Source: Solirubrobacterales bacterium
GTDB lineage: Bacteria > Actinomycetota > Thermoleophilia > Solirubrobacterales > 70-9
Assembly: GCA_040508545.1 (NCBI GenBank)
Contig: JBEVMR010000098.1
Location: forward strand, 2,885-66,884
Length of the DNA: 64,000 nt
Reading direction: 5' to 3'
In this document: piece by piece, positions 8,070 to 16,488 of the stretch
How the letters are laid out: the number at the start of each line of letters is the position of its first letter
Numbering within the stretch: the first letter of the stretch is position 1
The notes under the pieces: generated by a model
Database searches by the model: none
The model's input: the letters and a program-made list of their open reading frames with translations, nothing else
Told to the model about the DNA's origin: nothing
Program-made: the position numbers and the translations under genes

Positions 8070-11000
8070 TCGCCCGGCACGATCGGCTCAGCGTCCTCGT
8101 CGGTGATCTCGGCTGCCGCGGCCCTCGACGGCACAAGCACCCGCACCGTCACGCCATCCTCCAGCTGCTCCTCGGCCACGAGTTCATCGCACGTGCTTCG
8201 TAGCGCCTTCCAGAGCATCGCATTGTCGTAGTTCTCAAGCTCCGCCGGTATGTGGTCGAGGAGCGAGGAGGAGACCACGACGATGAGCCGCTCCTCGACG
8301 CGGGAGAAAGCCACGTTTGAACGGTTGAGATCGAGGATGAAGGACTCATATCCCGCGATCGCCGAGGGGTCCGATGCCGTGGCCGAGACGATGATCGCCT
8401 TGCGCTCGCCGCCCTGAAGGCGCTCGACCGTGTCGACGACATCGACGGAGTCCGCCAGCGCGTCGGAAAGGAGCTGGCGCTGCGCCCGATGTGGGGTGAT
8501 GACCGCGATGTCGGAGGACGCCGGGCTGCCCTCCGCCTGGACGACCTTGCCAACGATCTCCACCTCGGTCTGATTCGCCTTCCTCGAGCCACGCTCGTCA
8601 TGGACGACGAGATAGATGCCGCCATCCCCGCGCCAGACGCCCTCCCAAGTGTCAGCGCCGTACTCCTCCGCGGGTGAGGCCTCGCGCTCGACTCCTTGCA
8701 GGTCGATCTGATCGGCTTTGTAGACGCGGCGGATCAGACGGATCACGTCTGGCGGAAGTCGGAAGGAGAGATTGAGCGCGTTCCTTGATATCTGTCGATC
8801 CGTATTCGCTTCGCTCGTGGCGAGACTGGCGATTGCGTCGAAGGCCGAGAGATGAGGCTGATAGATCTCGACCGGGGGCCGGTCCTCCCTCTCCCAGTCG
8901 TGGGCCACGATCGGCGCAAGCTGGCGGTTGTCTCCGGCGAGCATTAGGTACCCCTCGCCCGACACCATCGTCGTGAGGGCGAGGAAGTGGGGGAACACCA
9001 ACATCGATGCCTCGTCAACGATCAGCTCGGCCACCGGGTCGAAGTGCGTTGCCGCCCCATCGATGGTCTTCTGAAGCTTGAGCAGCCCCCGCGTCGTGCC
9101 GGCGAGGATCACGACCCCACAGTCCAGAAACCCGCGCAGCTTCCTGATGATGCCCGAGGTACCGATCCTTTCGCACCCCGCCGGCGGGTCTGCGTCGATG
9201 CGGAGCAGCGAGATTGCGGGCGTCGCGAGTCCCTCCTCGCCGGCCTTCTCCTCAAATTCCTCCCGGAGTTCTGCGATCCGACCGAGCAGGATGTCGACGG
9301 CGGCATGCGTGTTCGCACCGATCGTGATCATGTCTCCCGGAGTTCGGCGCAGGAGGATCCGCGTCAGCACCGAGATAGCGGCGGTCACCGTCTTCCCGGT
9401 TCCAGGCGGACCCTGAAGAAGGGCAGCCCGCGCGTGGAGGCCGTCCATGATCGCCTTGATTTGCGCCTCGGCTAGGGGACGGCCGCGGGACGGACGTAGT
9501 GAGCGGATTACGCGCTCGACCCGCTCTAGGAGCTCCTCGTCGGGGTGGGGCGCCTCGGGCACCTGCGGCGAGATTGGGTCGAGCCAGGCCACGGTCGGGG
9601 CGTCCCCGTGTTCGACGAGGCGTGCCTCCACGGTCCCGGCGACGAAGTCGGATGGGCTCGAGTCCAGGGTGGCGAATTCCTGGTCGGTTAGGAAGTCCAC
9701 CCCGGTTGAGGCCAGCACGTAGCGCGTCGCTTTGCGTCCTCCTCGGGCCTCGATCTCCACCGTGCCGCTCGTCCAGTCGATCTCAGTGACCTGCCCAGTC
9801 ATGCCGGCGCGGGTCAGTTGGCCGAGGGTCTGCCCCCTTTCCGGATCAGGGCCGCGGAGCGTGACCCGCGCCCAGGCGCCCTCGGGCCACGATGCCTGGA
9901 GTGCAGGAAGGTCGGAGTCGAATCCCTCCAAGTCGATCGTCGCGCGAAGCGCGTCTCCGTCGGCCTGCTCAAGGTTCCGGAGGGGCAGGGACGTACCGAG
10001 GGCCACGCGATCGGTCACCGCCGCCAGGTGCTCGCTCAGCCATCGGGTCATGCCGACGTGGTGATCGAGCCGCAGGAAGTCGACCGATGCACGTGCGATG
10101 TCGTTGACGCCGAGGTCGAACCGCGGCAGCTCGGCGAGCGGGATCGCTGGCTTCTGGATTTCGGTATTCCGAGAGCCGACCTGCTCCTCGATCCAGCGAA
10201 GCGCCTCCGCCCGCGCCCCGAGGTAGGCCCTGATCGAGGTCGAGTCGGCCTGGGAGTAGCGGCCGAGCGCCGCCTTTACCTGGTAGGAGTTCTCCTCCCT
10301 CGGATCGGGCAGCGTTCCCCACATCGCCCGCCAGTAGGGCGCCGGAAGGGTGTCGAAGTTGCGTGAACGGATCTCGAAGCGGTGCCGCAGCGCCGCGCCC
10401 TCGGGATCGTCCACCCAGTTGCCGTCTCCGTCGAGCCCGAGCGTGGTCTTGAAGTCGAAGAGGTCCTGCTCGAAGATCCGGTCTAGGTCTCGCTCCTCTC
10501 CGAGCACCCGGCGGCGCCAGTGATAACGATTGCCGAACCAAGTGAGCGACGTCGCCACCACCAGCCCGCGGCTCGTCCAGCCGAGTCCGAAGCGGCGGTT
10601 GATCTCGGTTCCGACGTCGCTGTAGATCATCTGCTCGAGCGACTCACGTGCGCCGAGCAGCTGCCGGAGATGGCCGAGGAGCCGGGTGTCCGCACGGCTG
10701 CAGGCCTCGACCAGCTGGCTCATCTCGTTGGCCGACCAGACGTAGAAGTGCAGACGACAGTCCTCTTCGGGCCGGACGATCTCGGCGATCGCCTCGACCA
10801 GGTCCGTGAGGAACCCCTGAATTAGGACCTTCTCGGCGCCCGTGTCCTCGTCGGGATTTCCCCGCCACGCCGAGGGCATCACGCTGCAGATGGTCCTCGA
10901 CTCGCCCGGATCGAGCTCCCTCTCGGCGATCACCTCTCGCCGGCGCGCTCCGTCGACCTCGGTCCATTCCCGCTTTCGCTCTTGCAGAGTCGGGTTCGGG

Positions 11001-12244
11001 CGCCATCGCCCCTCGACCTCTTGGAAAGGGGTGTGCAGTTCGTGCTCGGAGCGCGTCACGTGGGCGGTCAGGGCGCCGACTCGATTCTCGGCCACGTCAT
11101 AGTCGACCGTTAGATAGATCCGGACCAGCTGCTGTCCGTCGATCTCATGTGCCGGTAGCTGACTTGAGCCCGACCCGCGAAGGGTTGCGACCGGGAAGTC
11201 GTCGGGGTCCTCCTCGCCTCGCGGTAGAGTCGCGCGCCGCGCCTGCGCCCGTTCCTTCAGGCGGCGCAGGCTTTCCGAGAAGCCCGGTCGCTGCCTGAGT
11301 TCGCGGGCCTCAGTTGACTCCAGATCGAGGCTCGCCAGGGTGTCGATGTCGGACACGCCGTGCTCGCGGAGGGCCGAGGCGACCGAGGGCTCGAGGCTGA
11401 GCAACTCAAGTCGTCTTTCCCTCCCAGACTCCGAAAGGCAATCGATGCTGAACACGCATCCGTCGCACTTGCCGCCGAGCTGGAACTGGAGGTCGGGAAG
11501 AGCGGTGGAGGTGATTCGGGAGAGGGGTCCTTTGGGTGCGAGCAGGCGCCTCAGATCTGCTTCCTCGCGGTCGACGTCGCTCAGCTCCTCTAGCTCTTGG
11601 ACGACCTGCGGGCGGCCGGTGTCCTCCTCGATCCGCGCCACCACGGCCCTCACCGATTGCGGTTCGATCGCCCTGCCCGCAACGGAGAGCGGCGCGCTCT
11701 GAAGTAGGTCGCGGAGGAGCATCATGTAGGCGACGACCTGGATGCGGTGATAGGTCCGATCGCGGCGGCTGGCCTTTCCCTCAATGATCCTCAGGGTCGG
11801 CTGATCCCCTTGCCATTCGAGGACGACGAAGTCGATGGCGCCGCGTACCTCGAAAGCCCCGATCCGTCCTTCTACTCCCACCTCGCGGCCGAAGGCGAGC
11901 GAGCCCTCGGGCAGTTCGGCGAGCCCCGCCGCGAACTCCGCCCACTCGGAACGCCGTGGCCGCACCGTGCCGTCTTCGTCTGGTTCTGGTGGGAGCGGCG
12001 TTAATTCGCTGTAGCCGGCCTCGGTCAGCTGCGCGGCCCACGCCTGCTCTCGGTCGGCGCCTGCCTGCGCCAGGATCGGATCGAGGACATTGAACAGTCG
12101 CTCGTAAAACGGAAGCCGCCTTGCCTCCTGACGTTTGTTATAGGAGAGCTTGAAGCGCCGTTCACAGCTCTGGAAGCGAACGAACTCGCCGATGTCCGAT
12201 ACGGAGACTCGGAGTGTTTCCATCGGCGTCTCCCCGTTCGTCAC
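8066..12244 (-). CDS. Cas4/RecB-like 4-Cys PD-(D/E)xK nuclease fused to an SF1 (Dna2/Upf1-like) helicase
   Basis: 1392 aa. N-terminus has C27, D138 (AIDFVV), E155-x-K157 (IIEGK), Q169xxxY173 and C260-x2-C263-x5-C269. C-terminus has Walker A LLQGPPGTGKT (nt about 9389-9412), VDEASM, LAGDNRQLAPI, VITPHRAQ, VDTVERLQGGER and AFSRVEERLIVV. Confidence 0.9.
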   Translation of the reverse strand: MTNGETPMETLRVSVSDIGEFVRFQSCERRFKLSYNKRQEARRLPFYERLFNVLDPILAQAGADREQAWAAQLTEAGYSELTPLPPEPDEDGTVRPRRSEWAEFAAGLAELPEGSLAFGREVGVEGRIGAFEVRGAIDFVVLEWQGDQPTLRIIEGKASRRDRTYHRIQVVAYMMLLRDLLQSAPLSVAGRAIEPQSVRAVVARIEEDTGRPQVVQELEELSDVDREEADLRRLLAPKGPLSRITSTALPDLQFQLGGKCDGCVFSIDCLSESGRERRLELLSLEPSVASALREHGVSDIDTLASLDLESTEARELRQRPGFSESLRRLKERAQARRATLPRGEEDPDDFPVATLRGSGSSQLPAHEIDGQQLVRIYLTVDYDVAENRVGALTAHVTRSEHELHTPFQEVEGRWRPNPTLQERKREWTEVDGARRREVIAERELDPGESRTICSVMPSAWRGNPDEDTGAEKVLIQGFLTDLVEAIAEIVRPEEDCRLHFYVWSANEMSQLVEACSRADTRLLGHLRQLLGARESLEQMIYSDVGTEINRRFGLGWTSRGLVVATSLTWFGNRYHWRRRVLGEERDLDRIFEQDLFDFKTTLGLDGDGNWVDDPEGAALRHRFEIRSRNFDTLPAPYWRAMWGTLPDPREENSYQVKAALGRYSQADSTSIRAYLGARAEALRWIEEQVGSRNTEIQKPAIPLAELPRFDLGVNDIARASVDFLRLDHHVGMTRWLSEHLAAVTDRVALGTSLPLRNLEQADGDALRATIDLEGFDSDLPALQASWPEGAWARVTLRGPDPERGQTLGQLTRAGMTGQVTEIDWTSGTVEIEARGGRKATRYVLASTGVDFLTDQEFATLDSSPSDFVAGTVEARLVEHGDAPTVAWLDPISPQVPEAPHPDEELLERVERVIRSLRPSRGRPLAEAQIKAIMDGLHARAALLQGPPGTGKTVTAAISVLTRILLRRTPGDMITIGANTHAAVDILLGRIAELREEFEEKAGEEGLATPAISLLRIDADPPAGCERIGTSGIIRKLRGFLDCGVVILAGTTRGLLKLQKTIDGAATHFDPVAELIVDEASMLVFPHFLALTTMVSGEGYLMLAGDNRQLAPIVAHDWEREDRPPVEIYQPHLSAFDAIASLATSEANTDRQISRNALNLSFRLPPDVIRLIRRVYKADQIDLQGVEREASPAEEYGADTWEGVWRGDGGIYLVVHDERGSRKANQTEVEIVGKVVQAEGSPASSDIAVITPHRAQRQLLSDALADSVDVVDTVERLQGGERKAIIVSATASDPSAIAGYESFILDLNRSNVAFSRVEERLIVVVSSSLLDHIPAELENYDNAMLWKALRSTCDELVAEEQLEDGVTVRVLVPSRAAAAEITDEDAEPIVPGE

Positions 12245-12387
12245 GCGCCGAGCCTATCGCCGTTCTCAAAGAACACCATGCGGAACGCCGTGTCGAAAAG
12301 CTAGAGACGCTCAATGTGTCGGCTAACGGGCATACCCGTAGGATTTCCACGTATCGTTGGCTCCCGGTGGTCGAATACGATCGATAT

Positions 12388-13089
12388 ATGAGCCAGGCGA
12401 AGGGAGGCATTGCTGAACAAGTGAGCCTGCTGCGTGAGCGACTCACCGCGACGCGGTCCCCGTCCGGTTTCCATCCTTATTGGCCGAACTATCCGGTTAT
12501 GCCTGACGAGCCACTGTGGGCAATCTCTGTACGTGAATCGGACGGAGCATGGAGCGGCTGGTACAGGACGGCGACTCGCGATCTCGATGAAGCCATTGCT
12601 GAGGCACACCGCTTCTCCGGTGTCTCGGCTGAGGCTGACACCAGTGTGCTTCCGACGATTCCCCGATCGGAGTCCTACCGAAGCGCCAATCGCATGCTGA
12701 CGGCCCTGCTCCTGGCGGTTCCGCCCGACCATTCTGAAGCCGTCGCGATGCTTGAGCAGATCCGGCTCACTCTGGTGGCGGTTGCGGAGGCCGAGGAGGA
12801 AGGTCTCTACTTCGGCCCCCTCAGGATCGACCTGCCCATCGCCCTAGAGGTTGGCGCTTTGCTTAGCTCTGCAGTCGGCCAGATGCAAGCGGGAATCCAG
12901 GGTAATCGCCGCAATCCCTTCGCATCGCCGCGATTTCGGGCACTCGTGCCCGAAAGGAGCGCAAATTCAGCGCCGGTTGGAAACGGCTCCAGAAATCAAG
13001 CTGCCCACGTGCAGGGACATCCTCCGATGGAGCTAGGCGGATTCGAACCGCCGACCTCCTGGGTGCGATCCAGGCGCTCTGCCAGCTGA
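12388..13089 (+). CDS. Hypothetical protein; the ORF runs across the att junction into the tRNA-Ala gene
   Basis: ATG at 12388, in frame with track ORF 12214..13089. Divergent from the nuclease-helicase gene. The last ~20 codons are the antisense of the tRNA (MELGGFEPPTSW...), so the C-terminus is created by the junction. It may be a truncated gene. Confidence 0.4.
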   Translation: MSQAKGGIAEQVSLLRERLTATRSPSGFHPYWPNYPVMPDEPLWAISVRESDGAWSGWYRTATRDLDEAIAEAHRFSGVSAEADTSVLPTIPRSESYRSANRMLTALLLAVPPDHSEAVAMLEQIRLTLVAVAEAEEEGLYFGPLRIDLPIALEVGALLSSAVGQMQAGIQGNRRNPFASPRFRALVPERSANSAPVGNGSRNQAAHVQGHPPMELGGFEPPTSWVRSRRSAS

Positions 13090-13100
13090 GCTATAGCCCC
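13028..13100 (-). tRNA. tRNA-Ala (anticodon CGC)
   Basis: Reverse complement GGGGCTATAGCTCAGCTGGCAGAGCGCCTGGATCGCACCCAGGAGGTCGGCGGTTCGAATCCGCCTAGCTCCA folds as a 73-nt cloverleaf with the G3:U70 Ala identity pair and anticodon loop ATCGCAC. Confidence 0.9.
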
Positions 13101-13184
13101 TCGTGCGGGGTTGGGAGGATCGTCCCAAACGCCTCGCAAGGGCAAGGATAACCGCATAGTCTTTAGGTTTCCCCAGAGATCCGC

Positions 13185-14096
13185 ATGGGCATTCTCGACG
13201 ACGCGATCAAAGAGCACCTGGAGCTGAAGCGCCAGCACGGCGCCGATGACTCTGAGTTGAAACAGCTCGAGGACGAGGCGTTTGGCGCTGCCGAGCGGCC
13301 TGGCAGCGAGGGATCGGCGCCCGATCCGCTCGCCGAGGCCCCGACCGAATTCATGACTCAGCCCGACGTGGACGGGGCGCCGGAGGCTGAGCCAGCTGCC
13401 GACGCCGCGCCGCAGCCAGCCCCGCGCGAGGCCGAGGACGCGCCTGGCCGCCCCGCGCCTCGCTCGGAGATCGCCGACCTGCAGGAGGCTCCGCCCTCCG
13501 AGTACGACGAGCCCGCCGAGGAGGAGGCGCCGGCGATGGAACACGAGACGGTGCCCGAGCCGGAGGCGCCCGCCGAGCCAATCGCCTCGACCGGCCCGAC
13601 CACCGAGGAGCGCGAGGCGATCGCCGAGCAGCCGACCGAGATGTTCGACATCGAGGAGGAGCTCTCGATCTCCAAGGCGGAGGCCCCCTCCGAGGAGGAG
13701 CTGGTCGAAGAGGGGATCGAAGAGCCGCGCCTGGCCCCGGTCGATCCGCTCGCCGGCCTCGACGAGGAGGCCAAGGACGAGGCGCCGGACGAGGAGTACG
13801 AAGAGGACGAAGACTTTTGGGACGAGAAGCGGCTCTCCGACGAGCTCGACCAGGCGCTCGAGGCGCCGAGCGAAGTCGAGGACAAGGAAACGATCTTCGA
13901 TCAGCCCCCGGTCACCGAGCCTGAGCCCGCATCCGCACCTGAGCCCGATGACGCGCCCGCGCCCGCGGAGCCTCGCCCCGCCGCGCCTGAGGAGGACGTG
14001 CTCGAGGAGACGCCGGACTTCCTCGAGGAGGCGCCCGAGGACGACGAGCTCTGGTTCGAGCAGAAACCGCCCAAGGATTTCGATTTCGACGACTGA
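13185..14096 (+). CDS. Highly acidic Glu/Pro/Ala-rich protein, function unknown
   Basis: 303 aa. Ordered-looking N-terminus MGILDDAIKEHLELKRQHG and C-terminus DDELWFEQKPPKDFDFDD flank a low-complexity acidic core. The opposite-strand ORFs (12996..14147, 13358..13885) are Arg/Ser-rich mirror artefacts. Confidence 0.6.
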   Translation: MGILDDAIKEHLELKRQHGADDSELKQLEDEAFGAAERPGSEGSAPDPLAEAPTEFMTQPDVDGAPEAEPAADAAPQPAPREAEDAPGRPAPRSEIADLQEAPPSEYDEPAEEEAPAMEHETVPEPEAPAEPIASTGPTTEEREAIAEQPTEMFDIEEELSISKAEAPSEEELVEEGIEEPRLAPVDPLAGLDEEAKDEAPDEEYEEDEDFWDEKRLSDELDQALEAPSEVEDKETIFDQPPVTEPEPASAPEPDDAPAPAEPRPAAPEEDVLEETPDFLEEAPEDDELWFEQKPPKDFDFDD

Positions 14097-14128
14097 ATTC
14101 GAGCAATCGGTGCGTATACATTGCGCCG

Positions 14129-15112
14129 ATGCCCAGCGACGCTGCAATCGAAGCCAGCGGCCTCTGTAAGTCCTACGGAAAGGTCCGCGCCCTCGAAGGG
14201 GTGGATCTGCGCGCCCCCACCGGAACCGTGCTGGGCCTGCTGGGGCCCAACGGCGCCGGTAAGACGACCGCGGTCCGCATCCTCACCACGCTGCTGCAGG
14301 CCGACGGCGGCAGCGCCAGGGTCGCGGGCCTCGACGTTGCCCGCGACGCCGCGGAGCTGCGGGCGAAGATCGGCCTCGCCGGCCAGTACGCGGCGGTCGA
14401 CGAAAACTTGACCGGGGCCGAGAACCTGGAGATGGTCGGCCGCCTCTACCACCTGCCGAAGGGCGAGCCGCGCGCTCGCGCCGCCCAGCTGCTGGAGCGC
14501 TTCGGCCTCAGCGAGGCCGCCGACCGCCTCGTCCGCACCTACTCGGGCGGGATGCGCCGCCGCCTCGACCTCGCCGCCGCGCTCGTCGCCCGCCCGCCCG
14601 TCCTCTTCCTCGACGAGCCGACGACCGGCCTCGACCCGCGCAGCCGCATCGACCTCTGGGAGATGATCGAAGACCGGGTGGCGAAAGGGACCACGGTCCT
14701 GCTCACCACGCAGTACCTGGACGAGGCCGACCGGCTCGCCGATCGCATCGCCGTCATCGACCGCGGCCGGATGCTCGCCGAGGGCACCTCGGACGAGCTC
14801 AAGGACCGCTTCGGCGGCGAGCGCCTCGACCTTACCCTGGAGAACCGCGCCCAGGCCGACGCCGCGACCACCGCGCTCGAGCCGATCGTCTCCGGGCCGC
14901 CCAGCGACCTGCCGGGCGGCGCCCTCTGTTACCCGGTCGAGCAGCGCCAGGGCACGATCGCCGCCGCGGTGCGCAGGCTCGACGAGGCCGGGATCGCGAT
15001 CGATGACGTGGCGATGCACCGCCCGACCCTCGACGACGTCTTCCTCGGCCTGACCGGGCGCGCCGCCAGCGAGGCCGAGGAAAACGGCGAGCCCGCCAGC
15101 GAGGTCAGGTGA
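14129..15112 (+). CDS. ABC transporter ATP-binding protein (DrrA/ABC-2 exporter type)
   Basis: Walker A GPNGAGKTT, signature YSGGMRRRL, Walker B VLFLDEPTTGLD. Confidence 0.9.
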   Translation: MPSDAAIEASGLCKSYGKVRALEGVDLRAPTGTVLGLLGPNGAGKTTAVRILTTLLQADGGSARVAGLDVARDAAELRAKIGLAGQYAAVDENLTGAENLEMVGRLYHLPKGEPRARAAQLLERFGLSEAADRLVRTYSGGMRRRLDLAAALVARPPVLFLDEPTTGLDPRSRIDLWEMIEDRVAKGTTVLLTTQYLDEADRLADRIAVIDRGRMLAEGTSDELKDRFGGERLDLTLENRAQADAATTALEPIVSGPPSDLPGGALCYPVEQRQGTIAAAVRRLDEAGIAIDDVAMHRPTLDDVFLGLTGRAASEAEENGEPASEVR

Positions 15113-15885
15113 CGATGCGCTTCCGCGACAGCGTCTCCGACACGCTCGTGCTGGCCGGTCGCAGCTTCATGCGGATCCGCCGCGCGCCCGACCTGCTGGT
15201 CTCCTTCACCGTGCAGCCGATCATGTTCGTGCTGCTCTTCGTCTACGTCTTCGGCGGCGCGATCGAAACGCCCGGCTACTCCTACGTCGACTTCCTGATC
15301 CCCGGGATCGTCGTCCAGACGATGTCCTTCGGCGGCTTCGTCACCGCGCTCGGCCTCTCCGAGGACCTGAAGAAGGGGCTGATCGACCGCTTCCGCTCGC
15401 TGCCGATGTCGCGCGGCGCGGTGCTTGCTGGCCGCACCCTCGCCGACATCGGCACCAACGCCCTGTCGCTCGCGATCATGGTCATCGTCGGCCTCATCGC
15501 TGGCTTCTCCTTCGACGCGCCCGCCGCGCAGATCGCCGCCGGCGTCGGCCTGATGCTGCTCTTCGGCTACGCCTTCTCGTGGGTCTTCGCCTTCGTCGGG
15601 CTGGTTTCGTCCTCGCCGGAGTCCTCGCAGGCGTTCGGCTTCATCATCATCTTCCCGCTCACCTTCATCTCCTCGGCCTTCGTCCCCGTCGACTCGATGC
15701 CGGCGGCGCTGCAGTCCTTCGCCGAAGTCAATCCCTTCACGGTCGTGGTCGACGCGATGCGCGCCCTCTGGCTAGGCGCCCCTGCCGGCAACTCGATCTG
15801 GGGGGCTGTCGCCTGGTCGGCCGGCATCGCCATCGTCTTCGCCGCCCTCTCGATCAACCGCTACAAACGCGCCGTCATCCGCTGA
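15109..15885 (+). CDS. ABC-2 type transporter permease
   Basis: 258 aa with about 6 hydrophobic spans. GTGA start/stop overlap with the ATPase gene. Confidence 0.9.
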   Translation: MTMRFRDSVSDTLVLAGRSFMRIRRAPDLLVSFTVQPIMFVLLFVYVFGGAIETPGYSYVDFLIPGIVVQTMSFGGFVTALGLSEDLKKGLIDRFRSLPMSRGAVLAGRTLADIGTNALSLAIMVIVGLIAGFSFDAPAAQIAAGVGLMLLFGYAFSWVFAFVGLVSSSPESSQAFGFIIIFPLTFISSAFVPVDSMPAALQSFAEVNPFTVVVDAMRALWLGAPAGNSIWGAVAWSAGIAIVFAALSINRYKRAVIR

Positions 15886-15987
15886 GCGGAAGCGTTTTCG
15901 CGCCTTCGGATCGGCGTCTGAGGCCGTTGCACTATTGGCACATTCTCCGCGCCATACGTGACAATTGTCTGAGTAAGGTAGGCGCAG

Positions 15988-16488
15988 ATGGCTGCGCTGA
16001 AGCAAAAGGGGGATTTGGCCGAGCTCAAGGTGGCCGCTGACCTGGCGAGTCGCGGCTGCTGCATCTCGATCCCCTACGGCGAGGACTGCGACTACGACCT
16101 GATTGCCGACAGGCAGGGTGTTCTCCATCGCGTGCAGGTCAAATACACGGAGTCAGACGGAGAGGTCATCGCGGTTCGCTGCATGTCGCATTCCCTGACC
16201 AACGGGAAGATTCGGCAGACCAAGCATTACACGGCTGAGCTCGTCGATTGGATTGCCGTCTATGACCGAACTTCGGAGTGCTGTTACTACGTCCCGGCGA
16301 GCGAGCTGGGATCCGGGAGAAGCTACCTGCACCTTCGCCTCGTTCCAGCCCGCAACGGTCAGCGCGTAGGCATCCGCAACGCGTGTGACTACGCAGACCC
16401 CGATCTTGCGCGAGATCCGCGAGGAGTGGAGCCAGCGGGACTCGAACCCGCGGCCTCCGCCGTGCAAGGGCGGCGCTCTTCCAGCTGA
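15988..16488 (+). CDS. PD-(D/E)xK endonuclease-like protein (resembles the PDDEXK_5 / group I intron-type endonuclease family)
   Basis: 166 aa. KGDLAELKVAADLASRG...PYGEDCDYDLIAD...RVQVKY matches the D...(D/E)xK layout. Family assignment is from memory. Lower GC. The 3' end overlaps tRNA-Ala(UGC) by 62 nt. Confidence 0.6.
   Translation: MAALKQKGDLAELKVAADLASRGCCISIPYGEDCDYDLIADRQGVLHRVQVKYTESDGEVIAVRCMSHSLTNGKIRQTKHYTAELVDWIAVYDRTSECCYYVPASELGSGRSYLHLRLVPARNGQRVGIRNACDYADPDLARDPRGVEPAGLEPAASAVQGRRSSS

Larger units (their letters stand above)
5877..13100. mobile_element. tRNA-Ala(CGC)-anchored genomic island (about 7.2 kb), no integrase present
   Basis: Bounded by the tRNA gene and a same-orientation copy of its 3' portion. 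The interior is visibly lower in GC at both ends. Cargo is a methyltransferase, a nuclease-helicase and orphan ORFs. Confidence 0.6.

Noticed and set aside
12996-15019. Minus-strand ORFs 12996..14147 (383 aa) and 13901..15019 (372 aa)
   Set aside because: They are Arg/Leu/Gly-rich mirrors of the acidic protein gene and the ABC ATPase gene. The first would also run through the tRNA-Ala gene.
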